Shown one piece after another: positions 1 to 10,744 of a stretch of DNA of 64,000 nt (position 1 is its first letter; each line of letters opens with the position of its first letter). The translations under genes were made by a program, and so were the position numbers. A model generated the notes under the pieces. That model was not told where the DNA came from and made no database searches. It was given only the letters and a program-made list of their open reading frames with translations. This DNA is from a bacterium (GTDB taxonomy: Bacteria; UBA8248): the NCBI GenBank assembly GCA_965261085.1, contig OZ253442.1, forward strand, positions 704,001 to 768,000. The letters are read 5' to 3'.

Positions 1-98
1 TCGTCGATCAGTGCGGAGGCGGTCGACCAGCGGGTATCGTCCAGCGCCGCCTCGTGCAACGATGCCAGGATACGCTCGAACACCTCCCGTTCGCTCAT
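1..98 (-). CDS. 5' part of a probable LuxR-type helix-turn-helix regulator (runs off window start)
   Basis: Minus-strand ATG at 98 opens MSEREVFERILASLHEAALDDTRWSTASALID..., resembling the N-terminus of sensor-LuxR HTH regulators; not in the ORF track because truncated. Confidence 0.55.
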   Translation of the reverse strand, partial: MSEREVFERILASLHEAALDDTRWSTASALID

Positions 99-1108
99 GA
101 CAGCGTCCTCGCTTGCGGATGCCCGGGCGAGAAGGGTCTTCCTATGTTGCCCATATGCCCCGCTGCAATCCTGGGCACCGGCATCGCCGGGGCCAGACCG
201 AACCGTGTCACCCCCTGTCCGGCGACATCGACGGCGTTATGCGCGCGCTGCCGGGACGCGACGAGTGTTGCCCCGGAAGCGGGGACGCAACGCACCACCA
301 GAGATTGAAGGCCCCGGAGTACAATGCCCTGGCGGAACTGCGGGTGGTCGGCAAGCAGGGTGACCCGTGAGAATCACTCAAGCAACATATCGAGAGCGAT
401 ACGACATTCCACATCACCGGTATTCTACTCCGTTTCACCTTCCAGTGCGGAGATGTCTATCCATTTCTGTTCTGCGTGTTCAGGCCGAATAACAATAATT
501 AAAGTATAGGAAATCGCGCGCTTCTTCGCCTCCCCAATATTGGGGAGATCCAGCGAAATTATTCGCAGTGTCTTAGGTATTTTCGGGAAAACGGACGACG
601 TCGGCGCCGGCCCAGGGCATCGGGCTGGATCCGGGTCGGAACCACCCAGAGACGTGGGCGTTACGACAGGCGCAAACACAACAGAAAACCGAAAAAGGAC
701 ATCTGGCTGCGGCCGCTGCTGAGAAATTAGAAGCAAATCCTCAATCGGAAAATTAATTAGCCTGTCACGGCTCGGAAGAACGCTTACCTTCGCGTGCGCG
801 CCGAGATGCGCAGGAGTTTGAATTGGCCCGCTTGCGTTTTGATTACATATTGCGGAAAGCGGGTTCCAGATGAGATTCAAAATAATGAATATCGATAATA
901 ATATCAATAAGGTAGAAGGGTTTCAGGACGAAGGAAACGATTTTCTGTCTCAAAAAGGAGCGATTGCGGAGGGGTGGAAATGAATGCCTCCCGGAGGGTC
1001 AGGCATATATATCCGCTGCCTGGGTGTCCGCTCTGTTCGATCCTTCCGTGGGTTTAAGCTGAAATATGGGGTCGGCAACCTCAAAAACGGGTGCTACAAT
1101 GAGGCGTT

Positions 1109-2578
1109 TTGATGGGAAAGGAGCGCATCTTGGAAAGAAACCTGTTCGACCAGGCGGAAGACGGCGAAAGCGGCGGCGAAGCGCAAGACGCACGAGTCGA
1201 TCCGGGCGCTCCTTTGGCCGAGCGCATGAGGCCGCAAACGCTCGATGAGGTGTTGGGCCAGGATCATTTAATCGGCCCGGGCCGCGTGCTTAGGTGCGCC
1301 GTGGAGGAAGACAGCTTGCGCCCGCTCATCTTCTGGGGGCCGCCCGGCACGGGCAAAACGACGCTCGCGCGCATCATCGCCAGGAGGACGAACGCGCATT
1401 TCATCACGCTGAGCGCGGTGCTCCACGGGGTGAAGGAATTAAGAGCCGCCGTGGTCGAGGCGAAGCGCATGGCGCGCAGGAAGGTGCGGACGATTCTGTT
1501 CATCGACGAGATCCACCGCTTCAACAAGGCCCAGCAGGACGGCCTCCTGCCGCACGTGGAAAACGGCACGCTCACCCTCATTGGTGCTACGACGGAAAAC
1601 CCCTCCTTCGAGGTCATCGCGCCCCTGCTCTCCCGCGCGCGCGTATTCGTGCTGGAAGGCTTGAAGGAAGAGCACGTCGTCGCGCTGCTCACCCGCGCCC
1701 TGGGAGATAAGGAGCGTGGCCTGGGCGCCATGGGTCTTCGTGCGGAGGATGATGCCTTACGCCGTGTCGCGAGTTTAAGCAGCGGGGATGCGCGCTCTGC
1801 GCTCAACATCCTGGAGGCCGCCTCAGGCTTGGCCGGTGTGAACGGCTGCATCGATTCGAAGTTGGTGGGAGAGGCCGCCCAGCGCAAGACGCTTCTCTAC
1901 GATAAGGCGGGCGAGGAGCATTACAACCTCATCTCGGCGCTTCACAAGACCATGCGGGCTTCTGATCCCGACGCCGCTCTCTACTGGCTCGCGCGAATGC
2001 TCGAGGGAGGCGAAGACCCCATGTACATATTAAGACGCATCGTGCGGTTCGCCTCCGAAGACGTCGGCATGGCGGACCCGAATGCGCTCGCCGTGGCGAC
2101 GGCGGCCCAGCAGGCGTTTCACTTCATCGGCCCCCCCGAGGGGAAGCTCGCCATCGCGCAGGCGGTGGTCTATCTCGCCCAGGCGCCCAAGAGCGATGCG
2201 GTCTACCGTGGCTTCGGGGCCGCCGAGCGCGCCGTGCGGGAGCAGGACGCCGCCCCCGTACCGCATCATTTGAGGAACGCGCCCACCGGCCTCATGCGCG
2301 ATTTGGGCTACGGCGCCGGCTACCAGCACGCGCACGAGTTCGACGAAGCGGTCGTGGAGATGGAGGGAATGCCGGAGGGCTTGGAGGGGACGCGGTTTTA
2401 TCATCCCACCTCCCGGGGATTCGAGGCGGATGTTCAGAAGAGACTGGCCACGCGAGAGGAGATACTGAACGATCGCCTGGGCGAGCGCCTGAACGTGCCC
2501 GATGAGAAATCCATGGACGACCGCCGTCCTTCCGATCCCGCCATGCCGGGAAGAAGGGCGAGAAGAAAGGATAAGTGA
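1109..2578 (+). CDS. rarA: Replication-associated recombination protein A (MgsA/RarA AAA+ ATPase)
   Basis: PLAERMRP, Walker A GPPGTGKTT, FIDEIHRFNKAQQD, GATTENP, YDKAGEEHYNLISALHK, FASEDVG motifs; start may be ATG 1112. Confidence 0.96.
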   Translation: MMGKERILERNLFDQAEDGESGGEAQDARVDPGAPLAERMRPQTLDEVLGQDHLIGPGRVLRCAVEEDSLRPLIFWGPPGTGKTTLARIIARRTNAHFITLSAVLHGVKELRAAVVEAKRMARRKVRTILFIDEIHRFNKAQQDGLLPHVENGTLTLIGATTENPSFEVIAPLLSRARVFVLEGLKEEHVVALLTRALGDKERGLGAMGLRAEDDALRRVASLSSGDARSALNILEAASGLAGVNGCIDSKLVGEAAQRKTLLYDKAGEEHYNLISALHKTMRASDPDAALYWLARMLEGGEDPMYILRRIVRFASEDVGMADPNALAVATAAQQAFHFIGPPEGKLAIAQAVVYLAQAPKSDAVYRGFGAAERAVREQDAAPVPHHLRNAPTGLMRDLGYGAGYQHAHEFDEAVVEMEGMPEGLEGTRFYHPTSRGFEADVQKRLATREEILNDRLGERLNVPDEKSMDDRRPSDPAMPGRRARRKDK

Positions 2579-2673
2579 AAAAGAAATTCCGCGCATGACT
2601 CGCCGTACGAAAATCGCTTCACATTTCTCCGGTCTTAAGTGAACAATTCATCCTTGAAGCGCGCTTCGAAATC

Positions 2674-2844
2674 ACTCCCCCCTTGAGGGGGAGTCGCAGA
2701 AGCCGAGTGGATTGTGCGAAGGCTGATGCGGTGGGGGGTCAGACCCGGCTGAGAAGGGAGAGCTTGCTACAATAAAAGCACCCCCCACCGACTCGTTTGC
2801 GGGCTTGCGCCCTTATCTCGTCGACTCCCCCTCAAGGGGGGAGT
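2674..2844. repeat. MITE/REP-like palindromic element, copy 1 (complete)
   Basis: Perfect 23-bp terminal inverted repeat ACTCCCCCCTTGAGGGGGAGTCG...CGACTCCCCCTCAAGGGGGGAGT with inner CGGTGGGGGG/CCCCCCACCG; related copies at 51443 and 59480. Confidence 0.85.
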
Positions 2845-3001
2845 TATTTAGAGGAAATTCTGCCGATCAGTTTCAATTCTTCGCTACTAGATCTTCAATT
2901 TCGAAAAGCATTTCCATCCATGAAGTTTTCGTTTTGACATTTCCGCTAAGGCGGGAGATATTTCTGTTGCCGCTGTATTGAAATGCGAGAGGGAACGAGA
3001 A

Positions 3002-3502
3002 ATGACGGAATTCCAGATGGCGACGCTCGAATTGCAAAGGTGGAGCATTTATGTTGCCGCTGGAGTCGGCATCGCCCAGTGCGCCTTGATAGGATGCGGG
3101 CTTTTCATGATGCACAAGGCGTCAAAACATAGAGACAGGGTTCTGGACAATCAGACCAAAGCGCTGGACGCGTTGCTCGAACGCACCGCAGTCAGCACGA
3201 AATCGCTGGAAGCTACGCTTACACGCACCGAGGGTAGTTGGAAGGCGCTGATCGAACGTGTCGAGAGTGGCGTGAAAGCAACGGATGAGTTGATCGAGCG
3301 CACCGGGGCCAGTACGAAGGCGCTGATCGAACGTGTCGAGAGTAGCGCAAAAGCAACGGATGCATTGATCGAGCGCACCGGGGCCAGTACGAAGGCGTTG
3401 ATCGAACGCGTCGAGAATGGCGCGAAAGCAACGGACGCGTTGATCGAACGCACCGAGGATAGCGCGAAGGCGCTTCGGGTATTGCTGGAAAGAACCGGAT
3501 AG
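3002..3502 (+). CDS. Membrane-anchored coiled-coil protein with 25-aa tandem repeats
   Basis: N-terminal hydrophobic helix (WSIYVAAGVGIAQCALIGCGLFMM) followed by three KALIERVExxxKATDxLIERT units (75-bp repeats). Confidence 0.75.
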   Translation: MTEFQMATLELQRWSIYVAAGVGIAQCALIGCGLFMMHKASKHRDRVLDNQTKALDALLERTAVSTKSLEATLTRTEGSWKALIERVESGVKATDELIERTGASTKALIERVESSAKATDALIERTGASTKALIERVENGAKATDALIERTEDSAKALRVLLERTG

Positions 3503-3644
3503 GCGCAGGGGGTCGGGCATCCGAGGATCACCGAATTACACCGGCGTCGCCGAAACCATTTTCTAAGTCAAATTCCCACGTCAAGATAAATTTGGATGTT
3601 CGGCCGCAAGCGGTTTTCCTGGAAAGATCCGGCGGCGCGAAAGA

Positions 3645-4424
3645 TTAACCCGTCGCCACAACGGAGTTGTCGGAATCAAGCGCTTCATCCATCTCGTCGA
3701 TGATCGCTTTCGCCGCGGCGAACGGGTCGTCGCTTTTCGTGATGGGCCTGCCCACGACGAGATAGTCCGAACCCATGAGAATGGCTTCCGCCGGGGTCGT
3801 GAGTCGTTTGTGATCATCCGACCCGGACCATGCCGGCCTGATGCCCGGGCTTACGATATCGGCATTCGGGAATCTTTCGCGGCAGGCCTTGATGGCGTCG
3901 CCTGAAACGATCAACCCGTCACAACCCTCAACGAGCAGCTTTTCCCCTCGCTCGAGGATGTACTGCGTCGAATCCGTTCCTGCAATTCCTTCGCTGAGCA
4001 AATCATCATCACTCAGGCTCGAAAGCAGCGGCACCATCAGGAGTTTGGGGTGCTCCGCTTGCCCTCGGGTTTTCAGCGCGGTTTCGATCGTCCTGATCGT
4101 CATCACATACGGCATGGACTCGGTAAGCGTAACGAACTTGACGTTCAGGGCCATACACCCCTCGATGAACTTGGAGATCGTGTTGCCGATGTCTCCCGAG
4201 AGCTTCAGGTCGACGAACACCCCGCCCTGGCCGGAGCGGCGCTCCTGAAGTTCCTTGATGAATCCAAGCAGGTTTCCCGCCAGAAAGAGTTCAAGACCGA
4301 CCTTGAAAAAAGAGACGTTCTCCAGTTTTTCAACCAGTGTGAGCGCTTCCTCGTGCGTCGGCACGTCCAGCGCAACGATAAGGCGGTCCTTGCCGCTCAG
4401 GCTCGCCGCTGGTCTCTCCCCCAT
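3645..4424 (-). CDS. pyrF: Orotidine-5'-phosphate decarboxylase family protein (divergent)
   Basis: RLIVALD, FFKVG, DLK..DIGNT, SPGIRP, GSDYLVVGRPIT motifs; catalytic motif carries an insertion (see findings). Confidence 0.8.
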   Translation of the reverse strand: MGERPAASLSGKDRLIVALDVPTHEEALTLVEKLENVSFFKVGLELFLAGNLLGFIKELQERRSGQGGVFVDLKLSGDIGNTISKFIEGCMALNVKFVTLTESMPYVMTIRTIETALKTRGQAEHPKLLMVPLLSSLSDDDLLSEGIAGTDSTQYILERGEKLLVEGCDGLIVSGDAIKACRERFPNADIVSPGIRPAWSGSDDHKRLTTPAEAILMGSDYLVVGRPITKSDDPFAAAKAIIDEMDEALDSDNSVVATG

Positions 4425-4652
4425 CGACGCTCCTCCTGTTTGGTCGGGCAGGTGGTTTCGGTGATTTGTGGGCGAAAATGCAAAGACCTTATCTTATATT
4501 TCGTATGGGAAATCAAACGCGTATCCCCGACGCTTCGGAACGAGGCGAGGGCCATGAGCAGGGGTTGCCCCGAAAGCGGGATTACCTGAAAATCGAGAAA
4601 AGCAATTCCTGTAACGCCGCTTGGGCAACCTGGCGGACAATCATTTATTTAG

Positions 4653-5054
<402 letters not shown>

Positions 5055-5077
5055 CCCGTCTCCCGCGTTTTCCCCGA

Positions 5078-5950
5078 CTAGCGGAAGAGTTCGATTTCGG
5101 CTTCCGCCTCTCCGTGATAGACCGTCTTCGCCTTGAGGAGATCGTCTAATACCAAGCGCTTGTCGCGCGGGTTTCTCAAGAGATAAGCCGGATGGTACGT
5201 CGCGAGACAGGGGATTCCCTGGTAGCGTCCGAACTTCCCCCGAAGCCTGCCTATGGGCGTCTTCGTCTGGAGCAGCCACTGCGCGGCGAATTTCCCGAGC
5301 GCCAGGATGAGTCTGGGCCGGATGATGGCGAGTTGCTTGTGGAGATAAGGCTCGCAGCAGTCGATCTCGTCCGGTTCGGGGTTGCGGTTGCCCGGCGGGC
5401 GGCACTTGAGGATGTTGCAGATGTAGACCTTCTGGCGGGGAACCTCGATGACGTTTTCGATCATCTTGGTCAGCATCTGGCCCGCCCGGCCCACGAAGGG
5501 AATCCCTTCCGCGTCTTCGTTGGCCCCGGGCGCTTCGCCTACAATGACGAGGTTCGCCGCCGGGTTCCCCACCCCGAACACGAGGTTCGTCCGGCCCTGC
5601 CCCAGCTTGCAGCGCAAACAGCCGTCCACGGCGGCCTGGAGTTCGTCGAGCGACATCTCCGAATCCGGGTCGAAGGGCAAGGGCGGCGGCTCGGGCCCGG
5701 GGCTTCGGCGTTTCGCCATCGGGGCCAGGGTGGGTTCAGGTACAGGCGCAGCTTGAGGAATCAGGGCCTGTTGCTCGTGATTCTCATGAGGTTCAGGTTC
5801 CGGTGCTCGTGCAGGAGGAACTTCAGTGGCGTGCGTGACCTCGGAAGCGATATTATGGGGCGCCCCCAGGCTCACGTAACCGATGCCTGCAGCGCGTTGG
5901 TTTCTTAAGTGTCCCAGAATTTCTCTGGCCAGTTCTGCGCAGTGGTTCAT
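5078..5950 (-). CDS. Uracil-DNA glycosylase, family 4 (Fe-S)
   Basis: CLRC, VFGVG, IVGEAPG, PFVGRAG, NILKCRPPGNRNP, TYHPAYLLR. Confidence 0.93.
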   Translation of the reverse strand: MNHCAELAREILGHLRNQRAAGIGYVSLGAPHNIASEVTHATEVPPARAPEPEPHENHEQQALIPQAAPVPEPTLAPMAKRRSPGPEPPPLPFDPDSEMSLDELQAAVDGCLRCKLGQGRTNLVFGVGNPAANLVIVGEAPGANEDAEGIPFVGRAGQMLTKMIENVIEVPRQKVYICNILKCRPPGNRNPEPDEIDCCEPYLHKQLAIIRPRLILALGKFAAQWLLQTKTPIGRLRGKFGRYQGIPCLATYHPAYLLRNPRDKRLVLDDLLKAKTVYHGEAEAEIELFR

Positions 5951-5983
5951 CGTCTCGACCGGCGGGCGCGTCGGAAATAGAAT

Positions 5984-7222
5984 TCAGGTGCTAATGTTTT
6001 GCCACATTTTGGCGAGCCGGTCGAGGATGCGGCCCGCCAGAACCCTTTTTTCGAGTACGGGGAGAGCTTCAGTATCGCTTTCGTCGATAAGCCAGGCGCA
6101 CGAAGCGTCCGCGCCCATCGCGTCCTCAGCGCCTGCGACCTTGTTCGCCACGATGAGGTCCAGTCCTTTTCGCTCGAGCTTATCCTTCGCGCGCTCGAGC
6201 ACCTCATCGGTTTCAGCGGCGAAGCCGACCAGGATTCTGCTTCCCTTGTCCACCCCGAGTTCGGCGAGTATGTCGGTCGTTCGCTCAAGCTCAATCGCGA
6301 GAGGCCCGTCGCCTTTTTTGTGTTTCTGGATCGATGGATCGACCGGGCGGTAATCCGCCACGGCGGCCGCCATGACGAGGGCGTGGGCATCGGTCCATTC
6401 GTTCTTCACCGCCTCATACATCTCGGCGGCAGATTCCACGCGCACCACGCGCACGCCCGGCGGGTCTGCGAGAGTGGTGGGACCGCTCACGAGGACGACG
6501 TCCGCCCCGCGCCTCGCGGCCTCTCCCGCCAGGGCGAAGCCCATCTTGCCGCTCGAGCGGTTCGAGAGATAGCGCACGGCGTCCCACCGCTCCCGCGTGG
6601 GTCCCGCCGTGACGAGCAGCTTCATGCCGGCGAGGTCTGGATTCGGCAAAAGAATCCGGCGCGCGGCAAGCAGTATTTCCTGCGGCTCGGGCATGCGTCC
6701 CCGGCCGGTTCCCTCCTCCGCGCGGGCCATCCGCCCTACGCCCGGCTCCATCACGACGTGGCCCCTCTCGCGCAGGGCGGCGACGTTTTCCTGAACGGCG
6801 GGCGAGGCCCACATGCGCGGGTTCATGGCGGGAGCGATGAGGACCGGCGGCTTTGCGGACAACAAGAGCGTAGAAAGAAAATCATCCCCCACCCCTTGCG
6901 CGAATTTCCCGATAATGTTCGCCGTGGCCGGCGCAATGATGATGAGGTCCGCATGATCCGTCAGGGAAATGTGCGGCATGTCGCCCGTGGATTCGCCTCC
7001 CTCGATGGGAAACATCCGCTGGATGGGCGTCTTGCCCGTGAGCACCTCGAAGGGCAGCGGCTGAACGAACGAGGCGGCGCTTTGCGTCAGAACCGTCTGA
7101 ACCTCGGCCCCGTCCAGCACGAGAAGGCGCGCCAGGTCGATAGATTTATACGAGGCGATGCCGCCCGATACGCCCAAGACAGTTTTCTTGCCGGAAAGGG
7201 GGGCCGGGGCGTTTTCGCTCAA
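5984..7222 (-). CDS. coaBC: Phosphopantothenoylcysteine decarboxylase/synthetase
   Basis: GVSGGIASYK, APATANII, APAMN, VTAGPTRE, SNRSSGKMG, AAAVADY, VGFAAET. Confidence 0.96.
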   Translation of the reverse strand: MSENAPAPLSGKKTVLGVSGGIASYKSIDLARLLVLDGAEVQTVLTQSAASFVQPLPFEVLTGKTPIQRMFPIEGGESTGDMPHISLTDHADLIIIAPATANIIGKFAQGVGDDFLSTLLLSAKPPVLIAPAMNPRMWASPAVQENVAALRERGHVVMEPGVGRMARAEEGTGRGRMPEPQEILLAARRILLPNPDLAGMKLLVTAGPTRERWDAVRYLSNRSSGKMGFALAGEAARRGADVVLVSGPTTLADPPGVRVVRVESAAEMYEAVKNEWTDAHALVMAAAVADYRPVDPSIQKHKKGDGPLAIELERTTDILAELGVDKGSRILVGFAAETDEVLERAKDKLERKGLDLIVANKVAGAEDAMGADASCAWLIDESDTEALPVLEKRVLAGRILDRLAKMWQNIST

Positions 7223-7800
7223 CGCGAATCGACCTCCCCGCGATGTTGCAGAATGATTTTTCTCAGTTCCTGGGAGGCGACGTCCAAGTCGTCGTTGATG
7301 ATGACGTGGTCGAACTGATGGCTTTGCGCCATCTCTTCTTCCGCCCTCGAGAGCCGGAATTGGACGTCTTCGCCGGTTTCCGTCGCCCGGTGTTCGAGGC
7401 GATTGGCGAGTTCATCCAGCGAGGGCGGCATGACGAAGACGAGGCTCGCCTCCGTTCGCTTTCTCTTGACTTGTAAGGCGCCCTGGACGTCCAGGTCCAT
7501 GATGACGGCGTTTCCCCCGGCCAGGTGCGCGTCGACCGCATCGGTGGGCGTTCCGTAGCATTCCTCGAAAACGTGCGCCCATTCGAGGAATTCGTTTCTG
7601 GCGATCATTTCGTCGAACTGCGGTTGCTCCAGGAAATAATAATGAACCCCGTCCTGTTCATAATCGCGTCTTGGGCGCGTCGTCGCGCTTATCGAGTGCC
7701 AGATATTAGGAAGCTCCCGGCAGGAGCGGTCGATGAGCGTGGATTTGCCCGCCCCCGAAGGAGCGGAGAGAACGAAGAGATGGCCTCTGCTTTGCATCAT
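7219..7800 (-). CDS. gmk: Guanylate kinase
   Basis: SAPSGAGKST, SISATTRPRR, FLEWAHVF, YGT, DLDVQGA; start overlaps yicC stop. Confidence 0.96.
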   Translation of the reverse strand: MMQSRGHLFVLSAPSGAGKSTLIDRSCRELPNIWHSISATTRPRRDYEQDGVHYYFLEQPQFDEMIARNEFLEWAHVFEECYGTPTDAVDAHLAGGNAVIMDLDVQGALQVKRKRTEASLVFVMPPSLDELANRLEHRATETGEDVQFRLSRAEEEMAQSHQFDHVIINDDLDVASQELRKIILQHRGEVDSR

Positions 7801-8681
7801 TCGGCGTTCTGAACTTGTTCGCGGATTTTCTCGATGGCGCTTTTCACATCGACTGCGCACTGGGTGAGGGTCAAGTCGATGGATTTCGACGATATCGTAT
7901 TGGCCTCGCGGTTCATCTCCTGGGTGAGGAAATCGAGTTTGCGGCCGATGGGGCCTTTCTCTTCGAGCATCTCGCGAAACTGGACGACGTGGCTGTCCAG
8001 ACGGCTGAGTTCCTCGCTGATGTCCCCGCGCTCGGCGGCGTAAATCATCTCCTGCTCGAGACGCCCCTCGTCCACCTCGACGCTGCCTGCGATTTCATGA
8101 ATCCGCTCGCGCATCCGCTCGGTGAGCAGCCTGCGCGCCTCGGGCAGGCGTTCGCGTATCTCGCCGCATCGCTCCTTCACCGTGGCGAGGTGATCGTGGA
8201 TGTCTTTCGCGAGCGCGCCGCCTTCTTTTTCGCGCATGAGGCCCAGCGCGCCCAGCGCATCGCCCAGCGATTCCATCAGGACGGCCCGGAGATCGTCCTT
8301 GTCCGGTTCGGGCTCCGCGCTTTTGAGCAGGTCCCTGAAGCCGGTGAGTATCGATAGATCGATCTCGCCCGCGATTCCTAACTCATCCTTTAAGGATTTC
8401 AAGGTGGCGAGAAGGGATTTCGCGGCTTCGGCGTCGATGGGAGACGTGTGGTTGCCCTCCTCGCCCGAGCGGATATAGATGTCGAAGCGTCCCCGGGAGA
8501 AGCGCTTTTTCACCGCCTCGCGCACCTCGTTCTCCAGAGCGAGCGACCAGCGCGGCCCCCGGCAGGAGACCTCCAGATAGCGGTGATTCACCGAGCGTGC
8601 CTCCACGCTGAGCGAAGCCTCGCCCAGCGCCCTCTCTCCCGCACCGTAACCCGTCATGCTGTCTATCATGTTCCGCCCCAT
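7797..8681 (-). CDS. yicC: YicC/YloC family endoribonuclease
   Basis: SMTGYG, RSVNHRYLE, DISEELSRL, GRKLDFLTQEMNREANTI, EKIREQVQN. Confidence 0.95.
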   Translation of the reverse strand: MGRNMIDSMTGYGAGERALGEASLSVEARSVNHRYLEVSCRGPRWSLALENEVREAVKKRFSRGRFDIYIRSGEEGNHTSPIDAEAAKSLLATLKSLKDELGIAGEIDLSILTGFRDLLKSAEPEPDKDDLRAVLMESLGDALGALGLMREKEGGALAKDIHDHLATVKERCGEIRERLPEARRLLTERMRERIHEIAGSVEVDEGRLEQEMIYAAERGDISEELSRLDSHVVQFREMLEEKGPIGRKLDFLTQEMNREANTISSKSIDLTLTQCAVDVKSAIEKIREQVQNAE

Positions 8682-8784
8682 GATGCGTTGTTAACAGCCC
8701 ACCTGAAAGAGTCTACAATAATTTTCCGGTCGGAGCCTGTCAATTTATGCGCTCCGTGAAGATATTCTCGCATTCGGGTGGTAT

Positions 8785-10560
8785 ATGGATACTTTCGTGC
8801 TTCAGGCGATAGCGGCGGAATTGAACGAGAACCTTCTGGGCGCGCGTCTCGATAGGATATCTCAGTCCGACGCGCACACGATCGTCCTTTTTTTCTCGGG
8901 CGCGAGTAGACAAAAACGCGCCCTTCTCATGAGCGTGGACCCCGCGCACCCGAGGGTTCATCTGGTAGCAGACCCACCCTCGAGCCTGCCCGAGGCGCCC
9001 ACTTTTTGCCGCGCGCTCAGAAAACACATAAGCGGCCTTCGCCTCACCCGCGCGGCGGCGGGAGAGTGGGAGCGCGTGCTGCAGTTCTCCTTCGAGCGAG
9101 GGGGCGGCTCAGGGCTTGGTGGTTCCTTCGCGCTCATGGCGGAGGTGATGGGCCGGTGGAGCAACCTCGTACTCTTGGGCGGCGCGACGGGCGAGATTTT
9201 AGAAGCCAAAAGGCTGGTTCCGCCCGGCCCGCACACGCCGAGGCCGCTCGAGAGAGGGGGCAGGTATCAGTTGCCGCCCGAGCAGAAAAAAGCCAATCCA
9301 GCGGAACTCACGAAAGAGACCATCCAAAAGATGATAGCGGAGGCGAACCTCTCCTCCGCCACCCGGGAGGAATTCGCAAAATGGCTGGTTCGCTTGGTCA
9401 CGGGCGTGAGCCCTGCCCTTGCGCGGGAACTCTCTCTCCTCTCCGGCGCCGATGAGGAATGGGCGGGTGCTGCGGACGCGCTCATGGGGGCGATCGAGAG
9501 CTACCGGAAAAAAGAGTTCACCCCCGCCTGGGTGCTGGGGGCGGACGGAGAACCCGTTGGGTTGAGCGCGGCCCGAATCCCCGGCATGGTCACAGCTTCA
9601 TACCGGAGTTTCAGTTCCATGAACGAGGCGGCGGATGCGTTTTATGGAAGTCTCGTGAAAGACGCCCGACTGGGTGAGCAAAAAAAGAGAGTCTCAAAGA
9701 CTCTCCGCCGCGCGGGGGAGAGGGTGCGTTCCTCCATCGAGGCGGTGCGGAGGGATTTGGCCTCCGCCGAGGAGGCGGAAGACATTCTGCGAAAAGGGGA
9801 GCTTTTGCTCGCGCATCTGGGCGAGGTGGAGGAAAAAGCAAAAGTTTTCTCCGTACCGGATAAGGAGGCGCCTCTCGAAATCGCGCTCGACCCCAAGCTC
9901 ACGCCCTCTGAAAACGCGCAGAAGTATTTCCGCCGCTACAAGAAGTTAAAGCGCCGCGCCTCTACCAGTATGGTGCGCTTACACGAGATGGAAGAAGATG
10001 AGAGGTTTATCGGCGCTTTGGGGTTCGATCTCGAAACGGCGGATGAGGCCGGGGACCTCGCCGGTGTGGAAGAAGCGCTGGCGCAGGCGGGCTACGCCGG
10101 GCGGAGGGGAGAGAAAAAAGCGGAGAAAGATGCGCGTAGGAAGGGCAGGCAGGCAGCCCGAGCCAGGCCCTACAGGCGGTTCGCCTCTCCTGCGGGCTGG
10201 GAGGTCATCGTCGGCAAGAACGCCATGGGCAATGACGAACTGCTCAAAAGTGTGGGCCGGGCGAGCGATACTTGGCTTCATGCCCGGGGGGTTCCCGGCA
10301 GCCACGTGCTCCTTCGCCGCGCAGATGGTGAGCCTGCGGAGCCGGATGAGGAGATTCTCGCCCATGCGGCGGCGTTCGCGGCGTATTTCAGCCGTGGCCG
10401 GACGGATTCAAAGCTCACCGTCGCCTACCTCCCTTTCTCGCGTTTAAGGAAGCCGAAAGGGCGGCGTCCCGGACAGGTGCTGATCGGCAGCCACCAGACG
10501 ATTCTCGTCGACCCGGATATGGGCCGACGCCTGTGTGCGGAATGGGAGGAGGTTTCGTGA
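8785..10560 (+). CDS. rqcH: NFACT/FbpA family ribosome quality-control protein
   Basis: FCRALRKHI, EVMGRWSN, LDPKLTPSENAQKYF, VGKNAMGNDEL, WLHARGVPGSHV. Confidence 0.9.
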   Translation: MDTFVLQAIAAELNENLLGARLDRISQSDAHTIVLFFSGASRQKRALLMSVDPAHPRVHLVADPPSSLPEAPTFCRALRKHISGLRLTRAAAGEWERVLQFSFERGGGSGLGGSFALMAEVMGRWSNLVLLGGATGEILEAKRLVPPGPHTPRPLERGGRYQLPPEQKKANPAELTKETIQKMIAEANLSSATREEFAKWLVRLVTGVSPALARELSLLSGADEEWAGAADALMGAIESYRKKEFTPAWVLGADGEPVGLSAARIPGMVTASYRSFSSMNEAADAFYGSLVKDARLGEQKKRVSKTLRRAGERVRSSIEAVRRDLASAEEAEDILRKGELLLAHLGEVEEKAKVFSVPDKEAPLEIALDPKLTPSENAQKYFRRYKKLKRRASTSMVRLHEMEEDERFIGALGFDLETADEAGDLAGVEEALAQAGYAGRRGEKKAEKDARRKGRQAARARPYRRFASPAGWEVIVGKNAMGNDELLKSVGRASDTWLHARGVPGSHVLLRRADGEPAEPDEEILAHAAAFAAYFSRGRTDSKLTVAYLPFSRLRKPKGRRPGQVLIGSHQTILVDPDMGRRLCAEWEEVS

Positions 10561-10744
10561 GGGGGGATGGAAACGCCCGGCGAAGAACAACGCTGCTCCC
10601 GCAGGTTCTTCTTGGAGGATGACGAGTAAAGGAAAAACCAAGAGGACACGGGGGTGTGGGTATATATGTCTGCCACTGCGAAGGTGTAATCTTTCCCCCT
10701 TTGGTCTTGAGTGCACGATGCGAGAGCGAAAGATTCACTCTTGC

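Noticed and set aside
425-907. 160-aa minus-strand ORF
   Set aside because: Mosaic composition, no RBS or recognisable domain; the last ~40 codons may be a gene remnant but cannot be assigned
3240-3460. 75-bp repeats as a CRISPR-like array
   Set aside because: In-frame coding repeats with no unique spacers
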